62,032 nucleotides of DNA. It comes from an uncultured Acholeplasmataceae bacterium. Its GTDB lineage: Bacteria > Bacillota_I > Bacilli_A > Acholeplasmatales > Acholeplasmataceae. The stretch covers positions 1 through 62,032 of the forward strand of contig CAKMKF010000040.1 in the NCBI GenBank assembly GCA_927439925.1, in the 5' to 3' direction. Position 1 is the first letter of the stretch. Each line of letters starts with the position of its first letter. Position numbers and translations under genes: made by a program. This document shows, one piece after another, positions 51,001 through 60,874 of this stretch. A model generated the notes under the pieces. That model was not told the origin of the DNA and did no database searches. It was given only the letters and a program-made list of their open reading frames with translations.

Positions 51001-51110
51001 ACAAGATGGCTGAATTTGGATATACCTATAAAGGCGAGATCATTAAAGAATACACTGTTCCTAGCATCTATAACATCGACAGATGGTTAACGGAGGTAGG
51101 AAATGATTAG
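48042..51110 (+). CDS. Large membrane-anchored extracellular solute-binding protein with N-terminal CBM-like beta-sandwich domains
   Basis: N-terminal TM; G.Y.L...Y...INGEIPF repeats, [10 protein letters not shown]; C-terminal SBP_bac_1 motifs ([28 protein letters not shown]); ATG 48042 after GGAGG. Confidence 0.85.
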   Translation: MQKLILFFKKGMTLIKNFFTHMSPKRITLTILVGLFVLMIGLSFFKKSTMNDFYDASDLINDYDNTYLSQAFNSDLYTEVVQRYNQENLVETDEEKTILTGDMTGFRIPKTHINYGESVLDYEAITGVDQDVFLLTSISPVSFVNTSTASGLYYLAIDYQEIENSINNAQIAITINGEIPFYESQTLVIPSKWVLNSTDFTLDRYQNEIQPSSTKVKDWNHHKINDYRGMHPGLFAFELEPGDVIEINYVNAQLLIGQAYFVRETDIPSYQDYLLQFPNANVIDDSITVSAREMASRNDPSIRLRPEQDPSNLYYNTQFLRLNTIFGDSWQNSGQAVTYEIETTQAGFYHLSFKYRQYLIKDMQVFRKIMINGEIPFDSLEAYPFPYTTSFINRTLVDESNAPLKIYLEEGVNTITLEAVNYPYRQTLETIQYVMSEIQGLSLDIKRYTSGGTDRYRDWDIEAYFPEAAPNILGWANLLEDSYDKLVKLSVVDEPSEVGNLKVAANRLRNIAEDINKLPSLMVQFSDGDSSVNQILGNLMQRLMRSNLELERTIFHGDVKIDKPFENIFVRTWEGTKRLVLSFVNNPYSASSRKDNEVTVWVNHPRQYIEIMQALIDEKYDGDMRITLSQMPDQNKLVLANASGQAPDVTIGVNHWLPYDFAVRDAALDLRQFEGYEEIVTHFTKGAMIPYVFEEGVYALPGTQNFWVTYYRKDILNSIGITEIPQTWDEIIEILPLLQSYGMNYFVPLAQYSGLKPFVATLPFIYQFGGDLYSPDGMQTAINSEETLEGIKLMSELYTLYNMPKFVASFYNHFRYGLLPIGISDLSTYILLETAAAELDGLWGMDLHPGVYDEDTDEIIRYSAVGAQANMIMSTTKYPDESWDFLKWWMSTDIQSEFAFLLQSTYGQAYFWNTANLDAFRTLSMPDEYKNIVLEQWGYGLEAPRIPGTYMVEREISNAWTKIVFNGVNPRQALDEAVRISNREIIYKMAEFGYTYKGEIIKEYTVPSIYNIDRWLTEVGND

Positions 51111-51987
51111 TAAAATGAATCGTCCGGCATGGTTTATCGTGCCTTATTGGACATTATTCTTTATCTTCGTTGTCGTACCTGTATTAGCCGCTATATTCTT
51201 ATCATTTACTTATTTTAATGCAATTCAAGCACCAAAATTTATTGGTATAACTAACTATATTGAATTGATTACGATGGATACAGTATTCATGCAGTTTGTC
51301 TTATCGAATACGTTAAAGTTTGCGTTTATCGTTGGACCTGTCGGATATGTTTTATCATTCATGCTAGCTTGGATGCTATCACAAATTCCAGCAAAACCAA
51401 GAACAGTTTTCGCAATCATTTTATACTCACCATCGCTTACATTTGGTGTCGCATTAGCCTCCATGTGGCGTATCATTTTCTCTGATGACTCACAAGGGTA
51501 TTTAAACAGTTTATTATTGAACTGGGGCGTTATATTAGAGCCTATCCAGTTTTTACAATCACCACAATATTTAATGACCATCATGATTGTTGTCTCCCTA
51601 TGGAGCAGCATGGGTGTCGGCTTTTTAGCGATGCTTGCAGGGGTCTTAAATATCGATCAAACCTTATATGAAGCAGCTTATATGGATGGAATTAAAAATA
51701 GAGCACAAGAAATTTTTTACATTACAATTCCTTCGATGAAGCCACAAATGCTCTTCGGGGCAGTTATGGCAGTTGTTACAACCTTCCAGGCAGGAGGTAT
51801 CGGTGTTGCACTCTCAGGGTCCAACCCGACACCACAGTATGCCGGTCAGCTCATCGTCAACCACATCGAAGACTTTGGTTTCATCAGATATATGATGGGT
51901 TACGCGGCAGCAATTTCAGTAGTATTATTGCTCTTGGTTTACTTCATTTCTAAGGTTACATGGCGAATTTTAGGGGAAAGGGAGTGA
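51103..51987 (+). CDS. Carbohydrate ABC transporter permease (MalF-like)
   Basis: SFT, GITNY, EAA loop [19 protein letters not shown]. Confidence 0.92.
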   Translation: MISKMNRPAWFIVPYWTLFFIFVVVPVLAAIFLSFTYFNAIQAPKFIGITNYIELITMDTVFMQFVLSNTLKFAFIVGPVGYVLSFMLAWMLSQIPAKPRTVFAIILYSPSLTFGVALASMWRIIFSDDSQGYLNSLLLNWGVILEPIQFLQSPQYLMTIMIVVSLWSSMGVGFLAMLAGVLNIDQTLYEAAYMDGIKNRAQEIFYITIPSMKPQMLFGAVMAVVTTFQAGGIGVALSGSNPTPQYAGQLIVNHIEDFGFIRYMMGYAAAISVVLLLLVYFISKVTWRILGERE

Positions 51988-51991
51988 CGAT

Positions 51992-52873
51992 ATGGCAGCC
52001 AATTCATTTCAAGGGACAAAAATAAACCCTACAAGATTTCATAAGAGTCAGGTTCCATTTTATTCATTCTTAGTACCTTTCTCTCTACTCATGTTACTTC
52101 CAATCATATTTATTGTGAATCACGCGTTTAAGCCACAAAGTGAGCTTTTCGCATACCCACCTAAATTCTTCGTCAGAAGACCTACTTTTGACAATTTCGT
52201 TGAACTCGCAAGAATTACATCAGCATCTGGTGTACCATTTTCTAGATATCTAGTTAATAGTGTATTAGTCACAGCTATTGGTGTAACACTTGCTATTTTG
52301 ATTACTGCGTTATCAGCATATGGTTTATCTAAGCTTAAGTTCAAAGGCAAGAAATTCTTATTTGAGTTAAATACTTTAGCCTTAATGTTCGTTCCGATCG
52401 CAGTTCAAATTCCAAGATACTTAATTATTGCACAATCCGGTTTAATCGATTCTTATATGGCGCATATCTTACCAGTTATTGTCATGCCTGTCGCAATGTT
52501 TTTGATTAAACAGTTTATCGATCAAACGCCAAACGAATTGATTGAGAGTGCGAAAATTGATGGAGCATCCGAGATGGAAATATTCTTTAAAATCATTATG
52601 CCAATTATCGCACCAGCTATCGCAACCGTTGGTATTCTAGCTTTTCAAGCGATCTGGAATGATGTATCAACATCCGTTTTATATATCAATGACGAATCAA
52701 AACGAACACTCGCATTTTACATGATGAGCTTAACATCAGCTCAAGGAAATACAGTTGCTGGACAGGGATTGGCAGCAGCTGGTGGATTACTGATGTTTAT
52801 TCCAAATCTGATTTTATTTATTGTGCTACAAAGTAAGGTTATGAACACAATGGCACATTCGGGTATCAAATAA
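51992..52873 (+). CDS. Carbohydrate ABC transporter permease (MalG-like)
   Basis: NSVLVT, AYGLSKLKFKG, ELIESAKIDGASE, WND. Confidence 0.92.
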   Translation: MAANSFQGTKINPTRFHKSQVPFYSFLVPFSLLMLLPIIFIVNHAFKPQSELFAYPPKFFVRRPTFDNFVELARITSASGVPFSRYLVNSVLVTAIGVTLAILITALSAYGLSKLKFKGKKFLFELNTLALMFVPIAVQIPRYLIIAQSGLIDSYMAHILPVIVMPVAMFLIKQFIDQTPNELIESAKIDGASEMEIFFKIIMPIIAPAIATVGILAFQAIWNDVSTSVLYINDESKRTLAFYMMSLTSAQGNTVAGQGLAAAGGLLMFIPNLILFIVLQSKVMNTMAHSGIK

Positions 52874-54906
52874 TGAAAAAACTATTTATATTATTATTTA
52901 TCTTTGTATTAGCACTCACTCCATCCCTAAAATTGAGTGCCAATGGATTACCTTATTCAACATTTACTTACTCAAGCTCTCAGGGTAGAATTGTACCTAC
53001 TCAGGATGCTTATTTACCATTATCGATTTCCTATAATTTAGGAGGACTTACTTTAAAGGACCCTTCTGATATAACAATTGATGATGATGATAATGTCTAT
53101 ATTGCAGATACTGGTAATGCAAGAATTGTTAAATATTCTCTTAGAACAGACGTAGTTTCTGTCATTGGTGAAGGATTATTAAATCAACCAACAGGAGTTC
53201 ATGTTGGTTTTGATGGATCTTTATATGTAGCTGATTTTGGATCGAAAAAAGCATATCAGTTTATATATGATGTAGCTCTAGATTTATACAATGAAGGAGC
53301 AGTTTACGAAAAACCAACCAATACACCTTTCTTTACTGAAGGGGATGCATTTGACCCAACCAAGATTATTACAGATAGAGGAAACAACGTCTATATTTTA
53401 CTTGCGGGTAATATCAATGGTTTAGCAGAATATGAAAACAACGGAAATTTCTTTGGATTCTTTGGTGGTAATCAAATCCCTAACACTTGGGATAATGTCT
53501 TAAAATCCATTCTATTTGATGAAGAACAAAGAAGACAATGGTTTAAAATGATTCCTAAACCTGTTTATAACATTGCTATAGACCACGATGGATTGATACT
53601 TACAACTACAAAAGGTGATGAGGGGTATCTAAAACTCAATATCGCAAACTTTGTCTACAATCGCTCTGTATGGGGTTTTGAAACAACAGAAGATATCTTT
53701 GTAGGTCCTTATAACACCATTTTCTCGATTGAATCTGGTGGCTATATCGTAGAATACGGTCCAGATGGATCTGTACTTTTCATCTTTGCTGGTCTTGATC
53801 AAAACGGACAAAAAGGTTTGTTTAAATCACCTTCTGGAATCGCTGTCGATTCCAAGAGTAATATTTATGCGATCGATAAATCAACATCATCTCTTCAAGT
53901 CTTTATTCCAACAGAATTCGCGAATTTAGTTCATTTCGCAATTGATTTATATCAAGAAGGTAAATACTCTGAATCCTTAGAACCTTGGCAAGAAGTGCTT
54001 CAAATGAATGCACTCTTTGACTTAGCAAATAAAGGTATAGGGGATGCTTATTACGCAGACCTAGACTATGAAGCAGCGATGGAATATTACCAAGTTGCAA
54101 GAGATCAAGAAGGTTATTCAAATGCTTTCTGGGAAGTCAGAAATACTGCACTACTTGACAGTGGTGAAGTGATTATATTCTTCTTGCTTGGTGTAATTCT
54201 TCTTTACTTTATTAACAGATTTGTTCATTTTATGGATTATGTTAGAAAACCATTTAAGAAACTAAAAGTTTATTTATCACAATTCAAACTTTATCAAGAG
54301 CTCATCTTCCCATTCTATATTATTAAACATCCTGGTGATGGATATTATGGAATTAAGAGAGAAGCGAAAGGTTCAAACCTATCGGCAACTATTTACCTCT
54401 TGTTATTCTTTACAGCATACATTTATTGGATATTTGAAACCAGTTTCTTATTTAACAACTACATACCTGCAGAAATCAATATGTTCCAACAAATGACTAC
54501 GATCTTTGTACCATTCTTCTTGTGGGTTATCGCTAACTATTTAGTATGTAGTATTCGTGATGGTGAAGGTAAATTCTCAGATGTATACCAAGCAACAGCT
54601 TATACACTGTTACCGATGATTATTACACTTCCTATCTTAACTGTTATTTCAAATGGATTATCATTTAATGAAGCATTTATATATTCAACCATTATGTTTA
54701 TTGGACTGTTTATCACAGGTTTATACATGATCATTATGGTTAAAGAAATTCATTATTATGATATGAAGCCAACAATTTCAAATATCTTAATCAGTATTTT
54801 TACGGCAATTATGATTTTAGCTGTTCTTTTCATTGTGTATCTATTACTAAACGAAGTATACGTCTTAATTTCAGACGTGATAAGGGAGTTGATTATCCGT
54901 GGCTAA
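52873..54906 (+). CDS. NHL-repeat / TPR / Yip1-domain fusion membrane protein
   Basis: Signal peptide; NHL repeats (P.DI.ID...VYIADTGN.RI, P.G......LYVAD, F..PSGIAVD..NIY); TPR-like YQEGKYSES...W..VL.MN....A..GIG; C-terminal HP.DGYY..K + multi-TM Yip1-like (DGEGKF.DVY...AY.L.P). Confidence 0.8.
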   Translation: MKKLFILLFIFVLALTPSLKLSANGLPYSTFTYSSSQGRIVPTQDAYLPLSISYNLGGLTLKDPSDITIDDDDNVYIADTGNARIVKYSLRTDVVSVIGEGLLNQPTGVHVGFDGSLYVADFGSKKAYQFIYDVALDLYNEGAVYEKPTNTPFFTEGDAFDPTKIITDRGNNVYILLAGNINGLAEYENNGNFFGFFGGNQIPNTWDNVLKSILFDEEQRRQWFKMIPKPVYNIAIDHDGLILTTTKGDEGYLKLNIANFVYNRSVWGFETTEDIFVGPYNTIFSIESGGYIVEYGPDGSVLFIFAGLDQNGQKGLFKSPSGIAVDSKSNIYAIDKSTSSLQVFIPTEFANLVHFAIDLYQEGKYSESLEPWQEVLQMNALFDLANKGIGDAYYADLDYEAAMEYYQVARDQEGYSNAFWEVRNTALLDSGEVIIFFLLGVILLYFINRFVHFMDYVRKPFKKLKVYLSQFKLYQELIFPFYIIKHPGDGYYGIKREAKGSNLSATIYLLLFFTAYIYWIFETSFLFNNYIPAEINMFQQMTTIFVPFFLWVIANYLVCSIRDGEGKFSDVYQATAYTLLPMIITLPILTVISNGLSFNEAFIYSTIMFIGLFITGLYMIIMVKEIHYYDMKPTISNILISIFTAIMILAVLFIVYLLLNEVYVLISDVIRELIIRG

Positions 54907-57292
54907 AATAATGAAATATGTAGTCGTTTTGATGTTATTCTTTATGTTTACGCTAGGAATTGCTTACGCTGCAACTTCTAAATATGAAATCATTAGTGAT
55001 ATTGAAGAAGTTGAAAACTATCCTTATATTAACCAACTATTACTAGAAAGTTCTAGATATACTCAAAGTGATGCTGTATCACCAGAAAAACTTTTAGATT
55101 ATCAAACCAATTACACATTACTTTATACTCCAGAAGAATTAGATGATTTAGGATTTGAACTGATGTTTAGTACACCTGAATTAGAAGTCTATTTTGAATT
55201 AGATTCATTCTCCCTAATGGTAAAAAATATTGAAACCGGATATTTTTGGTCAAGTAGACCAGAATTCCAAGGAACATCAGGTGAAAGAGAAGATAATACG
55301 TTAAACAGAAACCAAATGAATTCTGGTTTATGGGTAGAATATGGTAGACAAAATAACGTATCTTCGTCAACAATTCAAACACAATCCATTTATACATTAG
55401 CGGATGTATCTTATCAAAATAATGGAGCTATTACAGAAACAGAACCTGATCATTTAAGACCTTATATGCTAGAAGCTGGTAGTTATAATTACCGCAGAGT
55501 AGCAAATAAGATTGTATCTGAAACAGCATCCTCATTTAGAGTTAATGTCGATATCAAAGAAATCGATATTAGTTTTGATGTCGAAATTAGTTTAGTGGAT
55601 GGTGCAATTGAAGTTTATATTCCAATGGATTCTTTAGCTGAAACAGGAGAAATATATCGCTTATTAGGCATTCAAGTATTCCCATACTTTGGTGCGGCAA
55701 GAGAAGATAAAATTCCTGGTTATATCGTTATTCCTGATGGAGTTGGTGCTTTAGTTAGAACCAATCAACGTTATAACACTTATTTCCAATCAAGATTTTA
55801 TGGTTCTGATATTGGTTATGCTACACAAACGATACCTAATCTATCAATTCCTATTTATGGTATGGTCCATGAACCCAATGGAAATGCATTCTATGCTAAT
55901 ATTTTAGAAGGTGCTGAAAATACCCAGTTATTATCAACTTTCTGGGGTAGTGGAACAAGATACCATCGTATCGGAACAAGATATAATGTTAGACAAATTT
56001 ATAGAAATATCATTAATAAAGCTGGAGATGGTAGTGATACGATATCTACTGATTTCACCAGTCAAGATTTTAGAGTTCAGTTTAATTTCTTATCAAACAG
56101 CGAAGCATCTTATGTTGGTATTGCTAAAGATTATAGAGATCACTTAATTGACGAGGGAGTTTTAACTGATAACGAAAAAGTTGTCGATGGAAATATTCCA
56201 ATTCAATTGGGATATATTATGAGTGATCAAGAACCGTCATTTATTGGAACAACTCGTGTAACGATGACGACTGCGAATCAAATTCAAGATGCTTATAAAA
56301 TGTTTGTTACTGAAGGTATAGAAAATCAACAGGTGACACTGATGGGTTATTCAAGAGATGGATTTTTGAGAACGAATCCATATCGTACGAATTCCTGGGA
56401 TAAAAAAGACATTCAAAAACTTTCTGAACATGTGACATCTGATGGGAATGATATTTATTTAGCAAATGATTATGTCATATCATCAAACCAATCTAGTCGT
56501 GTTTCTTACAACCGTGACGTTGCTAGAGCGTTGAACAGATTAAAGATGGTTAGAAATACAAGAAATTTAAATGGTCAATTGACTGAAATCTATTTCTTAT
56601 ATCCTGCAGAAAGTTTTAAGATGGCTAAGGATGATTTAAGTTTTATCGATGAAATGGGCGTATCTGGATTATCAATGAGTAATTTAGGTAGAACTTTATT
56701 TAGCTATTACGATTCTGGTAATTATGAAAGAAGTTCAAGTGTTTCCTATTATCAAGATATAGCAGCCTTATATGATAATTTATTGTTATCGATGCCAAAT
56801 GTTTATATGTATTCATATCTAGATGGATATTTAGATATGCAGATTACCAATAGTCAATATGATTATTACACGGATTTAGTTCCTATATTACCAATTGTAT
56901 TAAAGGGTAGTGTCTCTTATTACACTCCATATTTAAATTTCAATGCACTTGCAGAAGATAGATTCTTAACGATGGTTGATTTCGCAATTAATCCGAGTTA
57001 TGTTTTGACTCATGAAAGAACATATGAAATGCGTTATACTCCATCCAGTGTATTTTATACAACAACACTCGAGAATTATGAAGAAGAAGTTGTAGAAGCT
57101 TATCATTACGTAAATGACGCATTAAAACATGTGACAAACGCTTATATTGTAAATCGAGAAGTATATCAAACAGGTCTAGTTGGAGTTACATATTCCAATG
57201 GAGTAATTATTTATATCAATTACAACTACACATCTAGACTTATATCAGGAGAAACTGTACTTGCTAGAAGCTATAAGGTGGTGACATTATGA
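54899..57292 (+). CDS. DUF5696-family exported protein
   Basis: TG..WSS.P, PYFGA, GY..IPDG.GAL, PIYGM, SYVGIA..YR..L, V.YSNG..IYINY; typical position in the NHL/Yip1/ABC cassette; GTG start. Confidence 0.75.
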   Translation: MAKIMKYVVVLMLFFMFTLGIAYAATSKYEIISDIEEVENYPYINQLLLESSRYTQSDAVSPEKLLDYQTNYTLLYTPEELDDLGFELMFSTPELEVYFELDSFSLMVKNIETGYFWSSRPEFQGTSGEREDNTLNRNQMNSGLWVEYGRQNNVSSSTIQTQSIYTLADVSYQNNGAITETEPDHLRPYMLEAGSYNYRRVANKIVSETASSFRVNVDIKEIDISFDVEISLVDGAIEVYIPMDSLAETGEIYRLLGIQVFPYFGAAREDKIPGYIVIPDGVGALVRTNQRYNTYFQSRFYGSDIGYATQTIPNLSIPIYGMVHEPNGNAFYANILEGAENTQLLSTFWGSGTRYHRIGTRYNVRQIYRNIINKAGDGSDTISTDFTSQDFRVQFNFLSNSEASYVGIAKDYRDHLIDEGVLTDNEKVVDGNIPIQLGYIMSDQEPSFIGTTRVTMTTANQIQDAYKMFVTEGIENQQVTLMGYSRDGFLRTNPYRTNSWDKKDIQKLSEHVTSDGNDIYLANDYVISSNQSSRVSYNRDVARALNRLKMVRNTRNLNGQLTEIYFLYPAESFKMAKDDLSFIDEMGVSGLSMSNLGRTLFSYYDSGNYERSSSVSYYQDIAALYDNLLLSMPNVYMYSYLDGYLDMQITNSQYDYYTDLVPILPIVLKGSVSYYTPYLNFNALAEDRFLTMVDFAINPSYVLTHERTYEMRYTPSSVFYTTTLENYEEEVVEAYHYVNDALKHVTNAYIVNREVYQTGLVGVTYSNGVIIYINYNYTSRLISGETVLARSYKVVTL

Positions 57293-58407
57293 GAAAAATA
57301 ATAGATGCCATTAAAGCTTTCATTCAAAAGATTACAAAACCAGTATTTGAATTGTTTAGAAAGATCATGAGTTCAATTCACTCATTTTTGGTTAAAGTAT
57401 TTAAACCTGTTGGTAAATTTTATCGTGGAAAAGTGCGTCCTGTCTTAGGAAAAATAGGTCATGCAATGACACATAACTTTATCATTCGAAGAGAATTAAA
57501 CCAATTATACTTGTTCTCATCTGCCAAAATTAAAGTTACAAGAAGAAGAAGAGAAAGCTATTATGGTTATATGTTTATCATGCTTTGGTTAATTGGTTAT
57601 TTGGTTTTTACATTATATCCGATGTTTTATTCTCTCTATCTAAGCTTTCATACCGCTTATTACAACTTAGAAACAGGAATTGTAACCACTTGGGTTGGGT
57701 TTAATAACTATTTAAACGTTTTTAGAAGTCAAGTCTTACTTCCATTATTTGGCACTTATTTAGGTAGAATGGTATTATCTGTACCTTTAGTTGTAGTTTT
57801 TTCGATTATGATTGCAGTTTTAATTAATAATCCAATTAAACTAAAAGGAGTTTGGAGAACTATATTTTTCTTACCCGTGGTGATAGCAACAGGACCAGTA
57901 ATTGCAGAATTATCCAATCAAGATGCTACATCACTACCATCACTTCAAGATAGCCCAGCATTGACTTATATTACTGAAAACCTTGGACCATGGTTAGCAA
58001 ATCCTTTAGAATCACTGTTGACTTCTATGTTACTTGTATTATGGTACGCAGGGATTCCTATCTTAATTTTCTTAGCAGGTCTTCAAAAGATTGATTCATC
58101 AATTTACGAAGCAGCTTCAATTGATGGTGCTTCACCTTGGGATCGTTTTTGGAAAATTACATTACCATCGATTAGTCCATTAATTAGTGTTGCAGTCATT
58201 TATATCGTTGTTTCTATGTCATTATTTGTAGAAGCAGGAGGTATTCTTGATCTAGCAAGAACTCACATGCTTGTCGGAGCTCCTGACTCTGCCTTTTGGT
58301 TTGGTTATGGCTACGCTGCAGCAATCGCTTGGATTTATTTCTTCTTGATGGTTATCTTAATGAGTATTTTTGTGGGTGTGTTAAACATCCATAGAAAGGA
58401 GAAATAA
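57289..58407 (+). CDS. Carbohydrate ABC transporter permease (MalF-like)
   Basis: VGFNNY, RTIFFLPV, LAGLQKI..SIYEAASIDGA, KITLP, YGYAAA. Confidence 0.92.
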   Translation: MRKIIDAIKAFIQKITKPVFELFRKIMSSIHSFLVKVFKPVGKFYRGKVRPVLGKIGHAMTHNFIIRRELNQLYLFSSAKIKVTRRRRESYYGYMFIMLWLIGYLVFTLYPMFYSLYLSFHTAYYNLETGIVTTWVGFNNYLNVFRSQVLLPLFGTYLGRMVLSVPLVVVFSIMIAVLINNPIKLKGVWRTIFFLPVVIATGPVIAELSNQDATSLPSLQDSPALTYITENLGPWLANPLESLLTSMLLVLWYAGIPILIFLAGLQKIDSSIYEAASIDGASPWDRFWKITLPSISPLISVAVIYIVVSMSLFVEAGGILDLARTHMLVGAPDSAFWFGYGYAAAIAWIYFFLMVILMSIFVGVLNIHRKEK

Positions 58408-58410
58408 GCC

Positions 58411-59343
58411 ATGAAAAATATTGATAGAAATCTATTTAAAATCAAGGCTAAACGCTTTCTCCTAGGGATGAACTTCACAGATGGCTTTATCTATAAAATC
58501 GTTATATACACGCTTTTAATAAGTTTTAGCTATATATACTTGTATCCTGTCTTATTTATGTTAGTCAATAGCTTTATGAGCGTTGATGATTTGATCAATC
58601 CAGGGATTAAATGGATTCCTACAACTCTCCAATATTCAAATTATGAGAGAGCGATGGCTGTTCTTCAAATTCCTGATGCTATCTTCGGTACTGTAAGTTA
58701 TGTTTTAAAGGTTAGCTTATCGGTTACCATTTCATCAGCAATTATTGGATATGGATTCGCTAAGTATAATTTCCCTTTAAAGAAGATTATGTTCGCATTA
58801 ATGTTAGCAACATTTATTCTACCTTCTCAAGTTACAATGGTAGCGAATATGTTAATCTTTAAGAATTTAGGATTAATGAGTACACAAAATGCGATGATCT
58901 TACCTGCTATATTTGGTCAGGGGATTAATGCAGCAATTTATATTTTAATTTTCTATCAATTCTTCAAAACAATTCCAGGTGTCTTAATGGAATCTGCTGA
59001 AATTGATGGAGCATCACAAACCGGAATTTTCTTGAAAATTGCGATACCACTTGCAATACCATCATTTATTATTGTTTTCTTATTCTCATTTGTTTGGTAT
59101 TGGAATGAAACATTTGTTACAGCATTATATGTTGGTGGACAAGTGACACTTCCATTGAAACTCCAAGCATTTAGAGCAAGCTATAACACGTTATTCCCTC
59201 CTGGATCCCCAGGTTCAGAGCTTAATGAAGCAATTTTACTTGCTGGAAATATGATCACTATATTACCATTACTCGTTTTATATTTTATCGCACAAAGATA
59301 TTTCACAGAAAGTATTGACCGTACTGGTATTACTGGTGAATAA
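58411..59343 (+). CDS. Carbohydrate ABC transporter permease (MalG-like)
   Basis: GYGFAKYNFP, QFFKTIP..LMESAEIDGA, WYWNE, QRYF.ESI..TG. Confidence 0.92.
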   Translation: MKNIDRNLFKIKAKRFLLGMNFTDGFIYKIVIYTLLISFSYIYLYPVLFMLVNSFMSVDDLINPGIKWIPTTLQYSNYERAMAVLQIPDAIFGTVSYVLKVSLSVTISSAIIGYGFAKYNFPLKKIMFALMLATFILPSQVTMVANMLIFKNLGLMSTQNAMILPAIFGQGINAAIYILIFYQFFKTIPGVLMESAEIDGASQTGIFLKIAIPLAIPSFIIVFLFSFVWYWNETFVTALYVGGQVTLPLKLQAFRASYNTLFPPGSPGSELNEAILLAGNMITILPLLVLYFIAQRYFTESIDRTGITGE

Positions 59344-59352
59344 GGAGGCTTT

Positions 59353-60525
59353 ATGAAGAAATTAATTATACTTGTTTTATTACTGTTTGTCATGGTTGGT
59401 TGTGAAACAGCAAATCCAACCGTACCAACAGAACCTATAGAAACTGTTATACCATCTGTACCCAATGGACTTCAAGCATTGACCGCAACTGAAGATTGTG
59501 CAGTACCTTCACTTGAAGGTGGATGGGTATGTATCTGGGCGGATGAGTTTGAAGGCGATAGTGTTGATGAGACCAAATGGAACTTCGAAGAAGGAGCATT
59601 TGGTGGTGGAAACCAAGAAGTTCAATACTATTCTAGAAATAATGCCGAAGTTGTAGATTCTAAATTAATTATTACTGCTCATAAAGAAACGATGGGTGGA
59701 AGAGATTACACATCAGCGAGATTGACAACTAAGTATAAAGGAACTTTCAAATATGTAAGAATTGTAGTTTCTGCTAAAATGCCTACAGGTCGAGGTACAT
59801 GGCCAGCAATTTGGATGATGCCTTTAATGAGTGTTTATGGTGGATGGCCAAGAAGTGGTGAAATTGATATCATGGAATATGTTGGCTATGATGAAAACCG
59901 TATTCACTCAACCATTCATACAGAGAAATTTAATCATAACTTAGGTACTCAAATTGGTTATTCCAGATTATATGAAGATGTTGAAACCAGTTTTAAAGAA
60001 TATGAAATGATTTGGACTCCAGGAAGTATTACAACGTACGTGGATGGAGATCAATTGGGTGTATTTGCCTATGTTCCGCATTTTAATCAAGAGGTTCCTT
60101 ATAATCAAGCATTTCCTTTTGATCAGGAGTTCTTCTTAATCCTAAATCTAGCAATTGGTGGAACTTGGGGCGGCGCTGAAGGTATTGATACTACCATTTT
60201 TCCAACAGCTATGGAAGTGGATTATGTTAGAGTTTATAAACAAGATTACGCTTTAACTGATGTTGATGCACCTTCTAAACCAATAAATGTGCAACTTGCT
60301 CAATTAAAAAATACATTATTTTGGAATAAGTCAGAAGATGACTATGGCGTTGAAGAATACGCAGTTTATTTAGATGGAGCATTTCATAAATATGCATCAC
60401 TGAATCAAATTACGTTAAAAGGATTAACCGTAGGTCAATCCTATCAAGTTCAAATCCAGGCGGTCGATTTTGTTGGTCGTGTTTCAGAAATGAGCGACAC
60501 GATGTCATTCACTTTTTCTGGGTAA
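59353..60525 (+). CDS. GH16 beta-1,3-glucanase lipoprotein with C-terminal Fn3 domain
   Basis: MVGC lipobox, WADEF, YTSARL, WPAIW, GEIDIME; Fn3-like APSKP...W..SEDDYGV..Y.VY...GL.....Y.VQ..AVD. Confidence 0.92.
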   Translation: MKKLIILVLLLFVMVGCETANPTVPTEPIETVIPSVPNGLQALTATEDCAVPSLEGGWVCIWADEFEGDSVDETKWNFEEGAFGGGNQEVQYYSRNNAEVVDSKLIITAHKETMGGRDYTSARLTTKYKGTFKYVRIVVSAKMPTGRGTWPAIWMMPLMSVYGGWPRSGEIDIMEYVGYDENRIHSTIHTEKFNHNLGTQIGYSRLYEDVETSFKEYEMIWTPGSITTYVDGDQLGVFAYVPHFNQEVPYNQAFPFDQEFFLILNLAIGGTWGGAEGIDTTIFPTAMEVDYVRVYKQDYALTDVDAPSKPINVQLAQLKNTLFWNKSEDDYGVEEYAVYLDGAFHKYASLNQITLKGLTVGQSYQVQIQAVDFVGRVSEMSDTMSFTFSG

Positions 60526-60535
60526 TACAAATCAA

Positions 60536-60574
60536 CGCAGATATGTATGCAATATCATATCTGCGGTTTTTTTT
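60536..60574 (+). terminator. Rho-independent terminator ending the glucan operon
   Basis: CGCAGATATG-N10-CATATCTGCG followed by G and T8. Confidence 0.88.
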
Positions 60575-60642
60575 CTTCAAAAATAATTATTTCTTCTAAT
60601 GATTTAACTTTCATTATTACTTCTTTTCGGTTATAATATAGG

Positions 60643-60765
60643 TGCTGATATACTAGTTTACCATAACTGAAAATTTCTCCTTTTATTGAAATTTTTAGTG
60701 GTGGACCAAGAATCAGTAAGCCTTGATGACTTAATCCCCCCCATGTCATCAGGGCTCTTTTATTT
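60643..60765 (+). ncRNA. Candidate small RNA (unassigned family)
   Basis: -10 TATAAT at 60632-60637; long imperfect hairpin 60644-60717; second hairpin 60719-60756 with T-tail; no plus-strand ORF in the track. Confidence 0.55.
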
Positions 60766-60874
60766 AAAAAAAGCATTTGATTTCAATCATGAAATTGTGT
60801 GATATAATAAAGACATAATAGACTATACATCATGATGAAAGGATTTCCAAAAAAATTATTGGATAGGTGAAGAT

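Noticed and set aside
44593-56147. Numerous 60-120 aa antisense or alternate-frame ORFs within the glucan operon
   Set aside because: All lie inside long, motif-supported genes and lack RBSs; expected shadow ORFs.
60643-60765. Identification of the candidate RNA as 6S, SRP or tRNA
   Set aside because: Too short and lacking the large central bubble of 6S, no SRP GGAA-loop domain, no cloverleaf; left unassigned.
60555-60776. 73-aa minus-strand ORF, or a type I toxin, opposite the candidate sRNA
   Set aside because: No RBS at its start and no hydrophobic helix; the one good minus-strand RBS (AAGGAG) leads only to ATG-GTA-AAC-TAG.
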